NCBI RefSeq assembly: GCF_009914755.1
Contig: NC_060934.1
Strand: one strand, 5' to 3'
Source: the human T2T-CHM13v2.0 reference genome, Homo sapiens
Length of the DNA: 64,000 nt
Below, piece by piece: positions 38,054 to 52,640 of the stretch (within the stretch, counting starts at the first letter, position 1; every line of letters begins with the position of its first letter). The translations under genes and the position numbers were made by a program. The notes below the pieces were generated by a model. The model had not been told where the DNA came from and ran no database searches. It worked only from the letters and a program-made list of their open reading frames with translations.

Positions 38054-39832
38054 AGTGCTCCATTTATTGAATACCTAACAAAGGAATGAAGGAGGGGTTC
38101 TCCCATCCCAAAGCCCAGCTCTTAGCCACTCTACAAAGAGCAGCCCTTTGGGGATTTAAAAAATGTGTGAACTTTAGTCACTTCTGGGCTACAGTCCTCA
38201 GCTCCCCGGGTGCAGAAATGCTGTGCGCTGCCCTACAGAGCACATTAGGTCGGGGTCTCCACAAGGACACGGAGCCAAGACTAGGACAGGGAGGAGGCCC
38301 TGGCAGAGAGTTTCCTGTAGGGGATGTTTTCATGATACAATATCAACACTGTGTCAAGAAATGAGTTGATCTATTTTTACCCCTCATTAGCAGATATAAA
38401 ATGTATTGTTTATGAAATGCTTGGCTGTCTAGATCAAACTAAATTGCAAAATAATTAAGTTCGATATTAATGAAATAATAAAATATGTTCAGGGTTGGAG
38501 GGGGTGGGGAGACAGGGTGAACATTCTGCAATTTTTTTTTTTTTTTTTTTAACGCAAGGGACACCTGGCTTGTCCCTGATAGGACTTGAGTTGGCCTGTA
38601 GAAATGCATCCTGTACATCCACAAATGTAAGGGAAATAAGGCAGGAAAATAAGTTCGAGTGAGGACTCACTGCACAACAGGTAGGCCACAGAAAGACTGG
38701 GAACTATGCATTTGGCTCTGAGTTTCTTAGAAGCCAAAGCAAAGAGAGAAAGAAAAACAGTTCTGAGGTTCTTAAGAGGTGCAAGGCCTGCAGCTTTGGA
38801 GGGAAGAACAACAGAGATGGAAAAATGGGGATAATCTTGATTCGGTTTTAAAAAGAACCTCAAATAACTCCTTAAAAGATCAAAGAATTATCAGGTATGG
38901 TCTTAAGGTGCCCATCCTGGTGCTGAAATGTACCTCTGCAGTTACTTAACACTGCCTGGCAGGTGTGCCATGATGCTCTGAAGACCTAGGGGCACCTGGC
39001 CTCAAAGTCCACCCAGGCCTCTGTCTGAAGACCCACCATGACTGTACCTCCTTCCTAGGGAGAGTGTATGATTATATCACTGGGTGAATGGAGGATCCAA
39101 GAGCAGGTTGTGATTAAGGTGTGATGGTGCAGAAGTCTGGGGCCCTGGGACTGGGTGAGGCTGGAGGGTGAGGGTTTGGGCCGAGACTGAGAACAAGCAT
39201 GCACTAAATTCACAGGCATGGCACAGTGCCAGTTGGATGCTGTGGATGGCTGGTGGGATGGAGTGCCAATTGTGGCACTACTGCGCCATGTCCGGGATGT
39301 GAGCCTCGTCTCTCTGGTACACATTAGGCACCCAAAGTGTGACTGGGCCACAGAGTCCCTGGAATCTCCAGACTGTCCTGACAACAGGCTCAAAGTCTCC
39401 TTCTTCCCTGAGAGCACTGCATGTTCATCTTTGTTTTGTAAACAACTATATGACATTTGAAAAAAGTCCCTGAATGAGTGGAGGAATTAATGATTGAACG
39501 AGTAAATGCCATGATTATCACGGTCCAAATCCCATCCTTCCTTCACATCCCATTCAGGGTCGGCTTCCTTTAGGAAGCCCTCCCTGAATTCTTCTGCCCT
39601 TTCCTTCTCAGGACTCTCGCAGTGCTGGCTGTGCAATCAACATGTAAATACTTCCCTAGGTGCTAAGAATTGGTATGTCTTTCTCATGTTTTCTCTTGTT
39701 CCTCACTCCAACTGGACAACAGAGTCATTTCTTCAACAAACATGCATTCAGCTGTCACCATCTTCCCTGTACTATGTTAGACCCAAAGGATTCAAGAGCA
39801 AGCCAGACAGATGTGAAGCTTACAGTCCAGGG

Positions 39833-40049
39833 CAGGGGCTGGTGAACTGCTGCCCACAGGCTGAATGCAGCCTGACTCTTGATTTTTGTAAATAAAGTTT
39901 TATTGGAACACAGCCATGCCCATTTGTTCACGCATTGTGGCTAACTAGCATGGCAGAATTGAGTGAGTTGTCATGACAGAGATCATATGGCCTGTAAAGC
40001 CTACAATATTTCTAATCTAGCCCTTTACAGAAAAGTTTGTTGACCCCAG
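39833..40049 (+). mobile_element. MER58A-like hAT-Charlie MITE nested in L2
   Basis: CAGGGG...TTTTGTAAATAAAGTTTTATTGGAACACAGCCATGCCCATTTG...CCCTTTACAGAAAAGTTTGTTGACCCC. Confidence 0.85.
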
Positions 40050-40129
40050 TCTAATGGGGAAGACAAGCTAGAAACAGATCATTACAGCAATGACATATGA
40101 CTTGAGGGATAAGAACGAGGTGATAGGCA

Positions 40130-40478
<349 letters not shown>

Positions 40479-40721
40479 TTACTGTAGATAGGGTGGTCAG
40501 GGAAAGCTGCTGTCAGGGAAATGTTATGTGAGCTGAGATATGACTAATGAGAAGGGCCCCATGTGCACATCTGCGGAAGAGCATTCATGGTGGAGGGAAC
40601 AGCATGTGCAAAGGCCCCCTGGGGTGCCTGGTGACATGGAGAAAAGCTAGGTGTCCGGGAATGTGGTGAACAAGGGGAGTGTAGGACAGATCCAATGTCA
40701 GGGAGGTGGCAGGAGTCAGAG

Positions 40722-41530
40722 CAGGGGTTCCCAAGGGGAGCAGTATTGCCCTCTAACGTTTATTAGGATATTTCAGGGGCAGTAGCTTGGTGAGCAGGTG
40801 CCAGGGAGGATGCAAGGTTTCAAGCAGTACAGGTAACAGTCCCACACAACCGAGGACTGTCCTGGGTCCTGCCTGACTTCAGGATGTCTTGGTGGATATT
40901 CACATAGGTAAAAGGCCTATTAGTGAAAATCTGAGCCTGGACTTAACTCTCTTATTCATATAAACAGAAAGTGATTTTTTAGCATAGTTTCAATTATATG
41001 TGGAATTGTCTAGGAATGCAACTACTATGTAAATTAAGGCAAGATCACACTGTGTTTTGTTTAGAAGGCTCACAAGCAGTGTTGCCCATGTTGGGAAAAT
41101 CAGGTCACCCATGGTAACATCACTCTTGGTATTTGAATCGCCAAAACAACATACATGTTGTCAGTCTGTATTTGGCATTCTCTATGGTTTTACACCCAAA
41201 CACAGGTACCTGATTGCTTTCTGGTGCTCACTAGAGAATCATGTCAGAGGATTTACCCATTGAAATGCATGCTGTTTTGTGACAAATTACTTCTTTTTTG
41301 TTTGTATATTACATTATTTTGGTTTTTGTTTTAATTTATATTAAAATAATATATTTTAGTATAATATTAAAATATATATCTTGTATTATTTTGTTTTCAT
41401 ATTATAGTTAAGACATTATATTTATTAAGACATCTTGTGTGTAGATAAATTATACAATCTCTGAATTTTGTTTCAGGATATCAAAGGAGCATTACAAAAT
41501 ATTGTCTAACAGAAGTACCAGGGCTGGATC
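40722..41530 (+). mobile_element. MER20B-like hAT-Charlie element, near full length
   Basis: ACAGTCCCACACAAC...ATCTGAGCCT...AGGAATGCAACTAC...GGTATTTGAATCGCCAA...TTTCAGGATA...CATTACAAAATATT follow the consensus order as I recall it. Confidence 0.75.
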
Positions 41531-41869
41531 CCAAAGTTTTGTGTAGATCTTGATAAAGAGTTTGGATTTTATTCTAACAAGAGTGAAGAGCATGACAATG
41601 TTTGCAGAAGAGTGATGGCTTCTTTCAGGCAACAGTGACAATTACACCTCCTCTTTTTCTCTTTGATCCTCCACCCTCTCCCTCCAGCACCTGGTACAAA
41701 GCTGGGTACCCAGCAGACACTCTGTAAATTAAAGTGCTGCCAGCCTGAACAATCTCAGTGGAAGAGCTAAGTGGGTCCATTTCCTTGCTTTACAAATGAA
41801 GTCGCTGAGGCTCAGAGGGGTTAAGTTCTTTTCCTGAGCTAGGTAATATCTGGTTAAGTAAGATCTGAT

Positions 41870-41871
<2 letters not shown>

Positions 41872-41915
<44 letters not shown>
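41872..41915. repeat. (GT)22 perfect microsatellite
   Basis: Uninterrupted GT run. Confidence 0.97.
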
Positions 41916-41916
<1 letters not shown>

Positions 41917-43729
41917 TGTGTGCTTGGACAGGGGGTGCTTCCGCCTTTCACTGCCCCAATAGGAGTCAGTCCTGTTCCTTTTCACTTCTCTACTTGATGC
42001 TCTACCCACCGGCCTCAGGCCATATGCCCTGGTCCACCCTGCTCACAGAACTTCCCGCCTGGCCCCTGTTACCTGACCGATGCCACAGGCATCACTGGGT
42101 CCCAGGAGCCAGCCTCTTTACTTTTGGACCCCAGGCCAGGATCTAAAAATATCTCTGAGTATTTCCAACACCTACAACAGATGCGCCTGCAAATTACCTG
42201 GTCCCAGTGGTGGGGAGCAGGGGAGGAAAGGGCATCGTTGTTCTAAAAGCATTACACATTTAATTTGCAAAGTTACATCATGCATTTGTGCACAGGTCAA
42301 CTTTCTAGGAGTCGATTTCGAAAACAGAGACAGGTTGAGGATCCTGAGGGTGTTCTTTGCAGAGAAGGCAGGGGAGGTTGTGGAGGCCTGTCAGATGCTT
42401 TCACACACTCAAGGCCAGTACTCCTCTTCCCTCTCATAGATGAGAAATGATGGACATTCATGGGGTCCTTTCTCTGCGTGTGCCAGGTACCTCTGCAGAC
42501 ACCATTATATTTCTTTCTGAGATCAACCTTGCAGAGTGTGCCTTGGTGTCATCCTCATCTTACAGGTGTGGAAGCTGAGGCCTAATGAGGCCATGTGTCT
42601 TCCGTTCCCCTTATACACCATGGGACATGGGGCAGAGCATAAGCTTGAACCCCGGTCTCTAGGTTTTTTTCTACCACACAGTGCAGTGAGAGACATGAAG
42701 GGGGTTGATGTGTATGGAATACATATACATGCACATCCAGCTATACTTTTAAAAAAAATATTATTGGATGGGTCTGGGTTCTCTATTTTATAAGTGACAC
42801 ATACAACTATTGAACCCATGTGAGATTATAGCCAGGAGTGCATAAAAAACTGTCCTCAGAACAAGTTGAATGGGAAGTTGGTAAAAACGAATAAGGTTGA
42901 GTTCACTCCACAGCCCCACAGATGCAACTGATTTAATTGACCAAATAGTTTTCTTGAATTACTGTTGTTAATTTAAGAGTTTAAAAAAATTAACTTGAGA
43001 GTAGTTTTGTGTGCTAACCGGATGATTTAGAAGGTTATTTGGTTGATAAAATGAATCCTTGATACATTATAGTTATAAAGTTAAAACCCTATTCCTTACT
43101 TATGCTTCTAAATTCTGCTTATAAATTATATTCTTCTGTTTCTTTTAGTGATGTTGTTTTAATTGTGGACAATATGTATAATGTAATATTTACCATTTTA
43201 ATAATATTCAACTGCATAATCCAGTGTCATTGAGTATATTCACACTGTTGTTCACAGATATACTTAAAAAAAAAACAAATAAAAATTCTCTTCTGAGAAT
43301 CCTAGCAAAGAATAATTGAATCAAAGGCTTTGAGGGGAAAGAATACCACCCACATCCAGTTCCCAGGGTCCAGAGACTGCTTGAATGCACATCAGCTTGT
43401 CCAGGAAGATGTGCATTTCTAGTAGATTTCATCAGTCCCTGAGACTTCTTGCTAACCAATGAGACATCCTCTCAAATTCAGGCCTCCTCTTCCTCCCTCT
43501 ATTTTTTCCCCAACCAGATTTACATTTTCAAAAACCCTTCAGATAATCACAGACCAAAGAAACTTCCACTCCTCTGAGGTTTAATTAGGAGAATCTGTCT
43601 TTCTGGTACTTCCGAGAGCCTTGCTCTAAATTTCTCAGAGGAAAGCGAAGGTTCACAGTGGATGAGTGGGAGTGAGCAGAACCTGTGAACAGCCTCCCAC
43701 TGTGGCCCCCTCTCTCTCCTGCAACAGGG

Positions 43730-44080
43730 AGAAAGCCGTGTTGTAGGTCATGGAAATCACACTGTGCGTGTGCCCTGCATCATTACGACCCAGAGAATGG
43801 GGACGATCGGAACGCAGGATAGCACATTAGCGATAGATAATAGAGTCTAAATAAACATAATCAGCTTTCCTCTCTGTCTCCAGACCAAAGCTTATCTATA
43901 AATACCCTAATGACGCCCAACCAGCCAATTACTCCTTTCTTGGAAGAGTCCCTTATTAATGGCGTTGCAGTGAGGGAAAAACATTAATTATTGGACACAG
44001 TGGGATCTTTTACGTTCTGTCTGGTCCGGACGGCACCAATTAATGCAACAATTATCAACGACCAAGGCAGCATTCTGAGT
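43730..44080. promoter_or_regulatory. Candidate homeodomain/forkhead enhancer
   Basis: Dense TAAT/ATTA cores, TAAATAAACA, retained CpGs, no TE. Confidence 0.55.
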
Positions 44081-44439
44081 GCAACCACCCTGGGTTGGCT
44101 GGCTAGGGTGGGAAGAATGTGTCCTTGGGGGAATATCACCCACACCCTTTTAAGGAGCCTGCTTCCTCGTCACTGTGGATGTTGCTGGAACGAAGCAGAG
44201 GGTGGCCACAGTGTGTTGGTTTTTCTTTTTAACCTTAAGAAAGTGCTTCCGGGGTTCTAAGTTGGGGGAAGGGAAAGGAGGTCAGGCACTGGTCTGTTGC
44301 AAGGAGTTGCTAAGTGAAGCCAGGCAGAAGATTTAAAAAGATGCTGCCTCCAGAGCAGGGAACACCTGACTTGGCCCCTGCCCACTCCTCCAGCCCCCAC
44401 CCCCTCACTCATCACATTCCAGCCCCACCACTTCTCTCC

Positions 44440-44815
44440 CAGCTTCTCCAATTCAGCTGTGCTCTGTCTGCCCTAGGACATTGGCACAAGCTCTTCCTCA
44501 TGCCTGAAAGGTCTTCCCCTGCCCTTTGCAAGAGCATCTTTCTGAACTCACTCTTAAGGTTATCTTTGTAGGAAGGTCTTTCTTGAGCCTGAACCCAAAA
44601 TATTCCTCTTCCCTAATTTTCATCACTTCTTGTTTCTATTTTTTTGCGCATCTATCACAAATCATATTTAACAGATATGTCTTCTTATTTTTTCAATGTC
44701 TGTCTCCCCCATAGGAATGCCAGCTCCATGAGCAGGGGCTTTGTCTTTTCTCCACCATCTATCTGAATGTCTTGCACTTAATAGGTGCCTCATAAATATT
44801 TGTGAGTAAATGAAT
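44440..44815 (+). mobile_element. L2 LINE 3' end
   Basis: TGTCTGTCTCCCC...AGCTCCATGAGCAGGGGCTTTGTC...ATAAATATTTGTGAGTAAATGAAT. Confidence 0.8.
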
Positions 44816-44947
44816 AGATCCGCCCATTGTGTAGAAACAAATTATACTTGAGAGTCCCCATGCCAGCTGTCACACAGACTAAACCGGCTATGCTCTTGCA
44901 GAAATTGCACAGAAAAAGAAAAAAAAAAAGCCCAAACTGTTCTATTA

Positions 44948-45370
<423 letters not shown>

Positions 45371-46542
45371 CTATAAAATATTGGCCTCTATTATTATTTA
45401 CATCATAGATTTATATCATAATACTTTATTTGAACTTGCTAAAAATGAATCTGCTCTGCCCAAGGTATAAAACAGTTGCAGGAATGCTTTTATTTTTCCC
45501 TTCTTGCTGACAACAAGAGGATTTCTTCTGGGAGTCATTAATTACACAGTACTTTGGAAAATTGGTTCAGTGAAGGCTCAGAGAATTCCCCTGAGCATTG
45601 GTCAGGGTTCTGAGAAGTGGGTTTGCCCGTGTGGCCCTCCTGGAGAAATATCTCTGGGCTATTTCCATTAGACGCTACGCTTTTGAGTGTTAAACAGCTC
45701 AGATGTGTTGTTGAGAGTCACAGCCAAGTCCGGGAAGCTTATTCAACCTTGCTGAGCCACAGCAATCCCCAGCCACTAACAAGAGCCCAGCCTTGTTTAT
45801 TCTTGACCACGGCAATATTTTCCCAAGTTTTTCTAACCAAAGTGGAACTACAGCAGCTTGAAGGCGGCCACGGGATCCCTCAGCCTTGGGCTGCTGAACA
45901 GATGTGGCCATGGCAAGTGTTACTTTCCCAGGCCTCCTAAATAACTATCCCCAGGGAATATGCCAACTGAAACATACTTAGAAATGACAGGGACTCTCAG
46001 GGTATATCTGTCAGGGTTGCTTTGCTTTCATCTGGAAGTGGCAACGACCTCAACTTGCAATAATCTCACTCCCTTGGCATGCCTCCAACACATTTGGTCT
46101 CGACCATGCATTTGGTCCAAAGTGTGGGCTGCTCAGCTTCCAAAGGCAGACAGGGTCTGTGGCATCCCCACACCCTGCCTGGTGCTAGCTTGGTGATGCT
46201 GGCTTGGCAGAGTCCAGTAGATGTTTGTTTCATCGCCACATTGTTTTGACCTTATAAGTCTATCCATTGGCCCCCAGACATGCCTGTGGAGCAGCGGAAC
46301 TACCAACTATCCATCACTGTATCTCCAGTGCCTGGCAGAGAACCCATGCCCAGAAAAGTTTTTCCAACTTCAGAATGAGTGAATGCATTGGCCTTTGAAT
46401 GGAATTGCTGCAGGGACATTTCAAAGGTGGCAGTACCCGCTGCAGAATGACCTTCCCTTTTCTTCCCCAGAGAAGGAGCATTTTGGGGTTACTGTGGGCT
46501 TCTGGGTGCAGAGAATGAAAATAAGAACGAGGCATCAAGTGA

Positions 46543-46939
<397 letters not shown>

Positions 46940-47067
46940 TGTGTTAATCTTTTTGTGTCGTAGTTCCCTTGTATGTAAGATAGAAATAAAAGTCTGAGCC
47001 TGATAATGATGTTGGGGGGTTCTATTGGGTAATGCTGGTAGAGTGTTTAGCATAGTGTCTGAGATAA

Positions 47068-47325
<258 letters not shown>

Positions 47326-47523
47326 TGATTTCTACTGCTGGAAATGAAGACTTTCAGAACATGGGAGTGAGGCCTCCAGGACAGTCATTCAGCCAGTCCT
47401 TTGACAAATTTATACTGAATACCCAGTATACTTACTGTGAGCTAAGCATTGTCCCAGGCCCTGAGGATACAAGAGTGACACAGATTGGTTCTGCCCTAGA
47501 GAATTTCTTGTGGATTAACCAAC

Positions 47524-47898
47524 TGTATCATTTCATTCTTGCATTGCTATAAAGAAATACCTGAGACTGGGTAATTTATAAAGAAAAGAGGTTTAATTGG
47601 TTCACTGTTCTGCTGGCTGTACACGAAGCATGATGCTGGCATCTTCTTGGCTTCTGGGGAGGCCTCAGAAAACTTACAATCATGATGGAAGGCAAAGGGC
47701 GAGGCAGCACTTTTAAACAAACAGATCTCGAAAGAACTTACTCACTATTGCGAGGACAGCACCAAGGAAGATGGTGCTAAACCATTCGTGAGAAACCACC
47801 CCCATGATCCAATCACCTCCCACCAGGCCCCGCCTCCAACATTGGCGATTACAATTCTACATGAGATTTAGGCGGGGACACAGATCCGAAGCGCATCA
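47524..47898 (-). mobile_element. MSTA-like solo LTR with perfect 5-bp TSD
   Basis: GCATTGCTATAAAGAAATACCTGAGACTGGGTAATTTATAAAG...CATGAGATTTAGGCGGGGACACAGATCC; CCAAC at 47519-47523 and 47899-47903. Confidence 0.92.
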
Positions 47899-49769
47899 CC
47901 AACTATGGTTTCCGGCTGGCTGGAATCTCATGAATTCTGGAGATCCTGGCCTGATGTGAACACGGTGTTTGATGAATGAAGGTAACACAACGGTTGTGGA
48001 GTTTGGGCTGCTTGGGAAGGTGCCAGAGAAGGGGTTTGGTTCTTATTTCATAAGTAGCTGTAGTGCCTAGGATTGCACTGGAGAATAATTTACCATTTTT
48101 ACATCAACCAGTGCCTTTGGCCATGTAGAAATGCCCATGTCAGAAGTATCAGAATGGGAAATCATGGGCTGTAATAAAGATGTTCTGCTGTTAGGAGTTT
48201 AAATCAGGACTCGTATTTGAAACTACTGCTTATTTTCTCTGCGGCATCTCAATATATTTGACATTTCTTTATCAACTGATATTGAAGGTCTCTCCTTATA
48301 ATCAGCTGCTCAAGAGGATGACTGTTTCTTTGGGATCCCCTGTAACCACCCAGGTGAATGTTGTGTGTGCCATGTAGTCTGTATCTTAAGTTTGGGCATT
48401 CTGAATATATTTTCTAATTTAAAGAAAATCAATGCAGGCATGTCACATCACGTGGGAACAAATGGGCGGAAAGGTACATTACGAAGATTGACTGTGGAGG
48501 GCTTCTGCTTGGTGCTACCTATTTTTCTTTGTTTCTAATTCATCCTTTCCCCATTAACTCCTTTCCTCTCTTCTCCCACTTCCACTCTCCCTCAAATGCA
48601 CAGTGATCTTTGATTTTCTGGATAGTGAAAGAATAGGGCATTCATTTAATAATAATAAAATTCTTTACTAAAGTTTTACCGTAAGATTTCCATTATTGTT
48701 CAAGACAAAAGAGTTTTGTTTTGAGTTGAGAAATAATTTACTTCCAAAACAACAGTACAAGTTCCACATAGACGTTCAACCCTCTACTGGGCCGTCGGCG
48801 ATTTCTTCCTGCAAGTGGAAATACAGATGGAAAGTGACATTCTCGTTTTCTGGGAGTTTCACTGATACATTTCGGTGAAGAAGGAAAACTCCTAAGAACT
48901 TGCCTTCCTCTTGTTAGTTTCGTTTTCCACCTGACTGTACTTCCATCACGTTCCATGGCTTGCTGTCTCATGACATTCTGTGGTGCGTTCAGTATCTTCC
49001 TCAATGTGAGTGGTGATATAATTGGGGTCCCTCCCTTAATATGTGTAGCTTACCTGATTTTTCCAGCCATGTACCTTATTTAATTGGAAACCAGGAACCT
49101 TTGCGTGATCTAATGGCATCTTATGACTTTCATTCATTTCTGCCTGTTTGCTTAGTTGCCCATTTCTAAACTTGTTCTAAACCTTGATGAGGAAAGTAAA
49201 TGCTGAGCGGGCAGGTACCAACAGAGTGTATTTAAGTGAGAAATGACATACTGAATGAAAACAAATGAAAGAATGAAATCAGCAATTAATGAAGTCCACA
49301 AAAATATAAAGTCTGGTACTGAAGACCATCTCTCCCGAGCGCCAACAACGCTTTTCTTTGAAACTGGAAAAGACTCCTGGGGTCTGTGTGGCATCGGGCA
49401 GAAGGGACAGGGAGACCCTGGTGCAGTGAGTGGCTCAGGAAACAGGCACAGAAACAGAGTTCTGGCCAGCCACATGATCTGGGGCCAGTTATCCAGGTTT
49501 ATGGGGCTTCTTTTCCCTTAATTATATGAAAGGAGCCAAAATTAGTTCCACTCTTTTAGGGCTGTGCTGGGCTTAAATGAGATAATTCACGGGATGTGCT
49601 TAGCACAGTGCCAGGCTCATAGGGAGCACTCAATAAAGAAAGGATAAATGCCTTTCTAATAACTAGACCCATTTAAAGATGGCACGGGCTTCCTTGGGGA
49701 TGGGATGGTGAGTTCCCTGCCACAGGAAGTGCTTAAGAGGAGATAATGGGGTTTTCAGAGTTTCACGTG

Positions 49770-49910
49770 TAGGAGCAGATGAATCACCTGAGGAGAGCAT
49801 CAGTAGATTCTGATTTAAATAGGTTCTGGGTGGGGCCTGAGAGTCTACATCTCTAACAAACTCAGGTGATGCTGTTGCTGCCAATTGGCCGTATGTGAGT
49901 AGCAAGGAAC
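49770..49910. mobile_element. MER5A-like MITE
   Basis: GAATCACCTG...CTGGGTGGGGCCTGAGA...CTAACAAACTCAGGTGATGCTG. Confidence 0.75.
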
Positions 49911-49980
49911 TAGATGATTCCTTAAAGGATGTTGAAGAAGATCTGTGATCATCCATCAGATGGAGTGATGTGTTAGGCTT

Positions 49981-50251
49981 CTGTTGTCCCATGCGGTGGC
50001 CTCTCACCACAGGTGACACTGAGCATTTGAAAGGAAGCTAATTGAATCCAAAAGGAGAAATTCTGTGAGTGTGAAATACACATTTAATATAACAAAAAGA
50101 ATGTAAAATAATCCAATAATTTTTATAGTGATGACATGCTGAAATGATAATATTTTGGATATATTAAATTGCTGTTTTTCTTTTTTTGCTGTGGCTTCTA
50201 CAGAATTTAAAATGATGTATGTGGTTCACATTCTATTTCTGTTGGACAGTG
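49981..50251. mobile_element. MER33-like hAT-Charlie MITE
   Basis: TGAGCATTTGAAA...GTGTGAAATACAC...ACATGCTGAAATGATAATATTTTGGATATATT...TATTTCTGTTGGACAG. Confidence 0.8.
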
Positions 50252-50929
50252 ATGAACTGGGTCATCTCCCAGGTCCCTTCTGAATGTGAGCACCCCGTGA
50301 ACACTCTAAGATGACATACAAGCTTGTCCACGTGTGCATCTCCTGCGGAATGTTTGTAGCTTATTTCCTCCCACAGCTAAAGGCAGCCAGCAGAGAGACA
50401 GAGGGAGAGAGGCGCTAGGCTTTCCTTAGCTTCCTTTCTGCCTGGGGCGGGGGTGAAGAGTGAGGAGGGAGCTTGTGCGTTTGTCTTTGCTTCTTTCTCC
50501 CCATTTTTCTCTCTCAAAATTAATGGGAGACAAAATGCCTTGTCACTCTAGGGATATTCAATTTTTACCTTGAAACTGCCTTTCTGGACAGAGGCAAACC
50601 TTGTCTTCAGCACAGAGCTCCTTGCTAAGGGAACTGGAATTTTTACATCACCGTCTAAAATAAAGATGGCTGCCCGGGGGAGGCGTTCGTTTCCTTTGAG
50701 AGTTACGTGGTTAGGAACCTGGCGGGCGGAGGCCCTGGCAATGCCCATGGATGCAATGCCGTCACCTAGAAAGTTGTCTGGTGGACCAGGCTGTAATGTG
50801 CCTGAAGGGCTGGGGAGCAGAACTGTAGCCCTGCAAACCATGGGGCAACCAGAGCCGTGGGACAGGCAGCTGCTAGTTCAGGTCCCACCGCTGCAGACTT
50901 AGCATCATCTCATATGGCTTTGCGTGAGA

Positions 50930-51160
50930 CCCTGCAGAGTGAGCCGTTAAGAGCCTGAATCCAGTCCTTATTCCTTTCTAGCTGGATGACTTCAGATAAG
51001 TGATACAAACTCTTTGTGCCTTGATTTTCTTATCTGTAAAATAGTGATGACAGTTATACCCACCTCATGGAGTTGTGAGAATTAATGAGTTAATATGGTA
51101 AAGGGTGGAGAATAGCTCCCAGCACAAGGTAAGGATAGACACGTACTGCCTGTTATTCTG
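50930..51160 (+). mobile_element. MIR SINE
   Basis: TTTTCTTATCTGTAAAATAG...CACCTCATGGAGTTGTGAGAATTAATGAG. Confidence 0.8.
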
Positions 51161-52069
51161 AGATAATAAGAGCTCCCTGAATGGCAGCCTCTTTTTTTGG
51201 CTGGCAAATTACTCAGAAAACCCCCCTAAATTGCACACTTGTTTGAGTAAGAGTCAGGTCCCGTGTGGCAATGATGTAACATACCTATTTTTGGCAGACT
51301 TGGCAATTCAGGGAGTGACCCATTTTCCTGTGCTTCGTGGAGGTCATTGCAATGGGTTTCATCAACCAGCAGGCTTGGAAATGAGCCATAGGGTTAGAAG
51401 GAGCTTTTTCTACCACTCTAGACTGCTTTCACGGCGGTGCAGCTTATGTCAGGATTGGGGAGAGGGTGAAAGGATGCTGCCATGATGACACCACGTTCAG
51501 AATGATGGCCATGGAGACGGGTGGAGCAGTGGAACACATGTTCTTCACCCGACTCCCGCGGGGGACATTGGCTGCATCACAGGAAGTAGAAGTGTTTTTG
51601 TTTGTTTGCTTAGTTTTTGTCGTGGTAAATGCAACCTTGAGTTTCTAGGTGTCCACAGGACCTTTGGAAGATTCATGACAGCAACAAGGTGTTGTGAAGC
51701 TCCTGCTCTGGTGAGGCCCCAGCTCCCATCAGAGGATCAGAAGGTTCCCAAGTACCCCAGGACAAGAAGTGAGCTGTGTGGTTAGGGACCCTTGTCTGCA
51801 AGAACTTCTTAAAGAGTCTGATCTTGTATTTTGAGAAGACATCGTCATAGGATTTCTGTACCACCCATCTGGTTGGAGTAGGGGACTCTGTCTGAAGGAG
51901 ACTCCATTAAGTACAGAGAATCTTAGGGGGTTCAAATTATTTTTGGAATGAGGCCAAGTATGAGTAATAATGTACAGACAACGAACTAATTAACTAGCTG
52001 TCCCAGTGTAAATTGTATTGTCAGTGTTGGTAGCTTTTGAATCAATCAAGGGTCAATCAAGTAAGGTCA

Positions 52070-52640
52070 ATGCTAAAAGCACAGGTTTGGGACCAGATGT
52101 TCCTTGATTATAATCTTGCTTCATTGTTCTCGGCGGTGTGTTCTTGATCAAGTCACTTAACCACTCTGAGCCCTTGTGTGCATGTCTGTGCAGTAAAGGA
52201 TAATGCCAACCTGGCAGGGCTGTCAGAGAGGGTAGATAGGAGGCAGCCTAGGCTTCCTGAACTGCCCAGTGGAGACCCAGTCTCTGCTGGTCCCACCTGG
52301 CCCTCAGATCCCTGGTTCTTCGTTCTCATCCTTCTGGTTTCAGCTGAATTGTCAGCTCTTCTGATAGACCCTCCCTGACCACCCACATAATGTGCCGTGG
52401 CTTCTCTTCCCACCTCCAATTACTTTCCCATCTCTTTCTGTAGTTTGGTTCCTTCCCAAAATGTGACACCATCTGTGATTCTCTCGCTAGTTTTTGTTGG
52501 TTGTTCTTTCTTGTTTGTTGACTACTGACTGTCTTGGGTCATGAGACAGAGGTTACTGAAGGCAGAGGCTCCATGGGTATTATCCAGGGATCTCGAGTAC
52601 CTTGAACAGTGCATGGCTTACAGCAGGTGTTTGAATGAAT
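52070..52640 (+). mobile_element. MIR followed by an L2 3' fragment
   Basis: CAAGTCACTTAACCACTCTGAGCC; AACAGTGCATGGC...GTTTGAATGAAT. Confidence 0.65.
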
